The notes under the pieces were generated by a model. It searched no databases. It saw nothing but the letters and a program-made list of their open reading frames with translations, and was not told where the DNA came from. Of a stretch of 64,000 nt of DNA, positions 59,368-64,000 are shown piece by piece. Made by a program: the position numbers and the translations under genes. The DNA is from Isurus oxyrinchus (taxonomy: Eukaryota): positions 10,416,001-10,480,000 of the forward strand of contig JANJGN010000006.1 in assembly GCA_026770705.1 (NCBI GenBank). The letters run 5' to 3'. Positions within the stretch are counted from its first letter, which is position 1; each line of letters starts with the position of its first letter.

Positions 59368-61063
59368 CTTGTTGCTGTTTACTCAAACAGCACTGATTTT
59401 CATCTTAAAAATCTTGACAAACACAATTTCAATTACTTTCATTTGGAAACTACAGGCTAATATGCTCTTAATTTTGGTGCCCACATGGCCCAGGAACACA
59501 GATGACACAGGCAAGAAGGGTTGGCAATGCATCTGGAATGGGCCACAATATTTCTCAATTTCTTGCTGCAACCAACCGCCCCCCAGCGCCCAATGCCCAA
59601 CACACATCGCCCATCACCCAACACCCAACTGTTTACCCATTTCACCTGCTGTCCCTGCAGAGAGACAGCTCTCACTTAGAAGAGACTGGCTGGTGGAGAA
59701 ATAACCAGGTGGTGCATGTGGGAGGAAATGAGGGGTTCTGAGCGAACGAGAGAGGATGTGGGCAGAGATTCAGGACAAGGTTAGTAGAGAATGAACAGTG
59801 ACCAGTGGACAGGGTTTGTTTGGCAGGGGTCTGGTGGGGGGGGCGTGCTGGTGGACAGTGAACTGGGATTGTGATGGGAGTGTTAGTAAATGGTGGAAAG
59901 GGATTAGAGTGTGGGAGTTAGTGTAGGGATTGGGACGGGGATGGACTGGACAGCGGTTGGTGTTCAGTGGGTGGAGGCAGGACAGAATGTTGAATAGGAG
60001 ATTGACGGTGGAGGGTAGGGGATTGGGGCGAGGGGGGTAGTAAACACTGGGTAGGGGATTAGATTTGGGAGTGGCATGTTTAGTGCATGATCAAGGTTCT
60101 GAGGTCAGGAGGGGAAATTTGGGTACAGGCAGTGGGGCAGAATGCAAGATTTAGTGCGGGAGTCACAGCTTTCCCAAAAAGAGGGTCAAAGTCATTTACA
60201 GCTTTAAATGACTTCACTAAGAAGCAAACATTTGGAAACACTTCATAAGCTAAACAAGCAGATAAGACATTCGACATAACAGGGGGAGAAGAGTTTACCG
60301 GTCCCGGATCAGACAAACCGATGGGGGAAGCAAACAGGGTGATGCTGTTCTTCATAAACAGGCAGTCTTCTTAGAGCGGTTCACTGGACCCAGAACTGGC
60401 AAACGCATGGAAGAAGAAGCGTAGTGCTGATCTCTGTAGCTAGAGCAATCTCTTCTGCTCTCAGTCTTCTTGAGCTAGATGTAAGTCCAAAGCCAGCACA
60501 GATCCAGTTTAAGAAGAATGGATCCTCCATCCAAAATATATTTTCCCCTCTTGAGAGCCCATTTATATACCTGATTTTAAGGGGCCGGTGAATAGTACGA
60601 CACAATCACCTTTCAGATGTTCACTTTGCAAGGGAGAGATATTCAAGGTAGACCCCTCCTGTTTCCATTGGAAGCCATGAAGTAAGTCATCTTGTGGCCT
60701 ATGGCTTGCTAGGACATGATGTTTAACCTTTACTCAGTTGGTTTAAATATGGATCATGAGATCTCACCTTATCAGGCTTCAGGAATGTCTTGAGCCAGGG
60801 CCTATGTTAGAAGCATGTCCTTGGCAGAAATAAAAGGCAGCCTGAGGAAAAGTGACAGGTGAAAAGTGACTATTCCACACACAGTGCAGGCTTCTGACTG
60901 GCGCCCCTATTAGCACGCGCCCAGGGTGCAGGTGTGACAGGCGTGAAGAGCGCCTGTGCCCTGCTCCTGCCCGGTTGACCAATCAGAAGCGAAGCAGCAG
61001 GAATGATGACTATTTCCTCTGCCGTACACACATCAAGCCTGGAGAGCACACAGACCTACAGCA

Positions 61064-61149
61064 CCTTCGATAGCTCAGCTGGTAGAGCGGAGGACTGTAG
61101 TTGTTCCGTGGTCATCCTTAGGTCGCTGGTTCAATTCTGGCTCGAAGGA
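61064..61149 (+). tRNA. tRNA-Tyr-GTA: tRNA-Tyr(GTA), intron, unit 26
   Basis: Array consensus. Confidence 0.88.
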
Positions 61150-61491
61150 CGTGTGCTTCCTTTTGCCTCGATTCCCCCATAGCTTTTTACACCCTCCCAA
61201 TAGGGACTGGCAATCAATACGGTCCTAAATGGGTATTGGGGGGCAAGACAAATGCTGGTGAGTCCCTACTGCCGGGAAACGATCAGGTTAGGGCCGGGGT
61301 GAAGGACGCGCGGGACTCGGAGAACTCCCGCCATAGCGCCGCGGAAAAGCGGCCACCCCGCCCCCTGCGGTGCGCGCGTGCACAGCGGCGGTTTAACACA
61401 CCCTGAGGCAGCGCCTCCCAATGTTAACTTTGAGGTAGTGTCTGCAGCGGATGATCATTCTTTAGCCATTTTACGGCATGGATTTCTATCT

Positions 61492-61564
61492 GGGGGATTA
61501 GCTCAAATGGTAGAGCGCTCGCTTAGCATGTGAGAGGTAGCGGGATCAATGCCCGCATCCTCCA
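61492..61564 (+). tRNA. tRNA-Ala-AGC: tRNA-Ala(AGC), unit 26
   Basis: Array consensus. Confidence 0.9.
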
Positions 61565-63259
61565 CTTGTTGCTGTTTACTCAAACAGCACTGATTTTCAT
61601 CTTAAAAATCTTGACAAACACAATTTCAATTACTTTCATTTGGAAACTACAGGCTAATATGCTCTTAATTTTGGTGCCCACATGGCCCAGGAACACAGAT
61701 GACACAGGCAAGAAGGGTTGGCAATGCATCTGGAATGGGCCACAATATTTCTCAATTTCTTGCTGCAACCAACCGCCCCCCAGCGCCCAATGCCCAACAC
61801 ACATCGCCCATCACCCAACACCCAACTGTTTACCCATTTCACCTGCTGTCCCTGCAGAGAGACAGCTCTCACTTAGAAGAGACTGGCTGGTGGAGAAATA
61901 ACCAGGTGGTGCATGTGGGAGGAAATGAGGGGTTCTGAGCGAACGAGAGAGGATGTGGGCAGAGATTCAGGACAAGGTTAGTAGAGAATGAACAGTGACC
62001 AGTGGACAGGGTTTGTTTGGCAGGGGTCTGGTGGGGGGGGCGTGCTGGTGGACAGTGAACTGGGATTGTGATGGGAGTGTTAGTAAATGGTGGAAAGGGA
62101 TTAGAGTGTGGGAGTTAGTGTAGGGATTGGGACGGGGATGGACTGGACAGCGGTTGGTGTTCAGTGGGTGGAGGCAGGACAGAATGTTGAATAGGAGATT
62201 GACGGTGGAGGGTAGGGGATTGGGGCGAGGGGGTAGTAAACACTGGGTAGGGGATTAGATTTGGGAGTGGCATGTTTAGTGCATGATCAAGGTTCTGAGG
62301 TCAGGAGGGGAAATTTGGGTACAGGCAGTGGGGCAGAATGCAAGATTTAGTGCGGGAGTCACAGCTTTCCCAAAAAGAGGGTCAAAGTCATTTACAGCTT
62401 TAAATGACTTCACTAAGAAGCAAACATTTGGAAACACTTCATAAGCTAAACAAGCAGATAAGACATTCGACATAACAGGGGGAGAAGAGTTTACCGGTCC
62501 CGGATCAGACAAACCGATGGGGGAAGCAAACAGGGTGATGCTGTTCTTCATAAACAGGCAGTCTTCTTAGAGCGGTTCACTGGACCCAGAACTGGCAAAC
62601 GCATGGAAGAAGAAGCGTAGTGCTGATCTCTGTAGCTAGAGCAATCTCTTCTGCTCTCAGTCTTCTTGAGCTAGATGTAAGTCCAAAGCCAGCACAGATC
62701 CAGTTTAAGAAGAATGGATCCTCCATCCAAAATATATTTTCCCCTCTTGAGAGCCCATTTATATACCTGATTTTAAGGGGCCGGTGAATAGTACGACACA
62801 ATCACCTTTCAGATGTTCACTTTGCAAGGGAGAGATATTCAAGGTAGACCCCTCCTGTTTCCATTGGAAGCCATGAAGTAAGTCATCTTGTGGCCTATGG
62901 CTTGCTAGGACATGATGTTTAACCTTTACTCAGTTGGTTTAAATATGGATCATGAGATCTCACCTTATCAGGCTTCAGGAATGTCTTGAGCCAGGGCCTA
63001 TGTTAGAAGCATGTCCTTGGCAGAAATAAAAGGCAGCCTGAGGAAAAGTGACAGGTGAAAAGTGACTATTCCACACACAGTGCAGGCTTCTGACTGGCGC
63101 CCCTATTAGCACGCGCCCAGGGTGCAGGTGTGACAGGCGTGAAGAGCGCCTGTGCCCTGCTCCTGCCCGGTTGACCAATCAGAAGCGAAGCAGCAGGAAT
63201 GATGACTATTTCCTCTGCCGTACACACATCAAGCCTGGAGAGCACACAGACCTACAGCA

Positions 63260-63345
63260 CCTTCGATAGCTCAGCTGGTAGAGCGGAGGATTGTAGTTGT
63301 TCCGTGGTCATCCTTAGGTCGCTGGTTCAATTCTGGCTCGAAGGA
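63260..63345 (+). tRNA. tRNA-Tyr-GTA: tRNA-Tyr(GTA), intron, unit 27 (C32T, as unit 12)
   Basis: GGAGGATTGTAG. Confidence 0.85.
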
Positions 63346-63686
63346 CGTGTGCTTCCTTTTGCCTCGATCCCCCATAGCTTTTTACACCCTCCCAATAGGG
63401 ACTGGCAATCAATACGGTCCTAAATGGGTATTGGGGGGCAAGACAAATGCTGGTGAGTCCCTACTGCCGGGAAACGATCAGGTTAGGGCCGGGGTGAAGG
63501 ACGCGCGGGACTCGGAGAACTCCCGCCATAGCGCCGCGGAAAAGCGGCCACCCCGCCCCCTGCGGTGCGCGCGTGCACAGCGGCGGTTTAACACACCCTG
63601 AGGCAGCGCCTCCCAATGTTAACTTTGAGGTAGTGTCTGCAGCGGATGATCATTCTTTAGCCATTTTACGGCATGGATTTCTATCT

Positions 63687-63759
63687 GGGGGATTAGCTCA
63701 AATGGTAGAGCGCTCGCTTAGCATGTGAGAGGTAGCGGGATCAATGCCCGCATCCTCCA
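63687..63759 (+). tRNA. tRNA-Ala-AGC: tRNA-Ala(AGC), unit 27
   Basis: Array consensus. Confidence 0.9.
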
Positions 63760-64000
63760 CTTGTTGCTGTTTACTCAAACAGCACTGATTTTCATCTTAA
63801 AAATCTTGACAAACACAATTTCAATTACTTTCATTTGGAAACTACAGGCTAATATGCTCTTAATTTTGGTGCCCACATGGCCCAGGAACACAGATGACAC
63901 AGGCAAGAAGGGTTGGCAATGCATCTGGAATGGGCCACAATATTTCTCAATTTCTTGCTGCAACCAACCGCCCCCCAGCGCCCAATGCCCAACACACATC

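Larger units (their letters stand above)
4322..64000 (+). repeat. Tandem macrosatellite of ~2195-bp units, each with tRNA-Tyr(GTA) + tRNA-Ala(AGC); 28 units, continues past the window
   Basis: tRNA-Tyr starts recur at 4469, 6881, 9077, 11259 ... 63260. Period is mostly 2195-2198 bp; 2412 for the first unit, 2182 once, and 1845 twice. Confidence 0.98.

Noticed and set aside
4408-63999. Recurring 60-145 aa ORFs (MRGSGINAR..., MMTISSAV..., MKNSISLF..., MCRTIHRP..., MVNRAGAG...)
   Set aside because: They recur only because the DNA is tandemly repeated. Several overlap tRNA genes, many use non-ATG starts, some are broken by indels or stops in some units, and none shows a recognisable domain.
4322-64000. 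CRISPR array, tRNA-derived SINE array, or 5S/rDNA repeat
   Set aside because: Spacers are near-identical and kilobase-long; the tRNAs are full-length with intron and own terminators, with no LINE tail or poly(A); I recognised no 5S or other rRNA sequence

Overview
Eukaryotic, vertebrate-type DNA; the repeat families suggest a cartilaginous fish, which is inference only. I found no intact protein-coding gene. Bases 1-~4.3 kb are a transposon-rich flank: the end of a Penelope-like element with a decayed minimal hammerhead ribozyme, an (AT)n tract, and two head-to-tail, 5'-truncated, minus-strand copies of one Tx1/L1-clade LINE, each bounded by the same CCTGAC motif. From ~4322 to the window end is a tandem macrosatellite of ~2.2-kb units (28 seen, numbered U0-U27, running off the right edge). 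Each unit carries, on the + strand, an intron-containing tRNA-Tyr(GTA) gene and, ~340 bp downstream, a tRNA-Ala(AGC) gene. A ~1.7-kb spacer follows, with a C-rich heptamer repeat, a G-rich G4-type tract and non-coding sequence of unknown origin. The outermost units are degenerate. Internal units are nearly identical and show two spacer haplotypes, recombinant mosaics, two copies of a ~351-bp deletion and a ~32.6-kb (15-unit) higher-order duplication. The many repeated short ORFs in the ORF track are by-products of the repeat.
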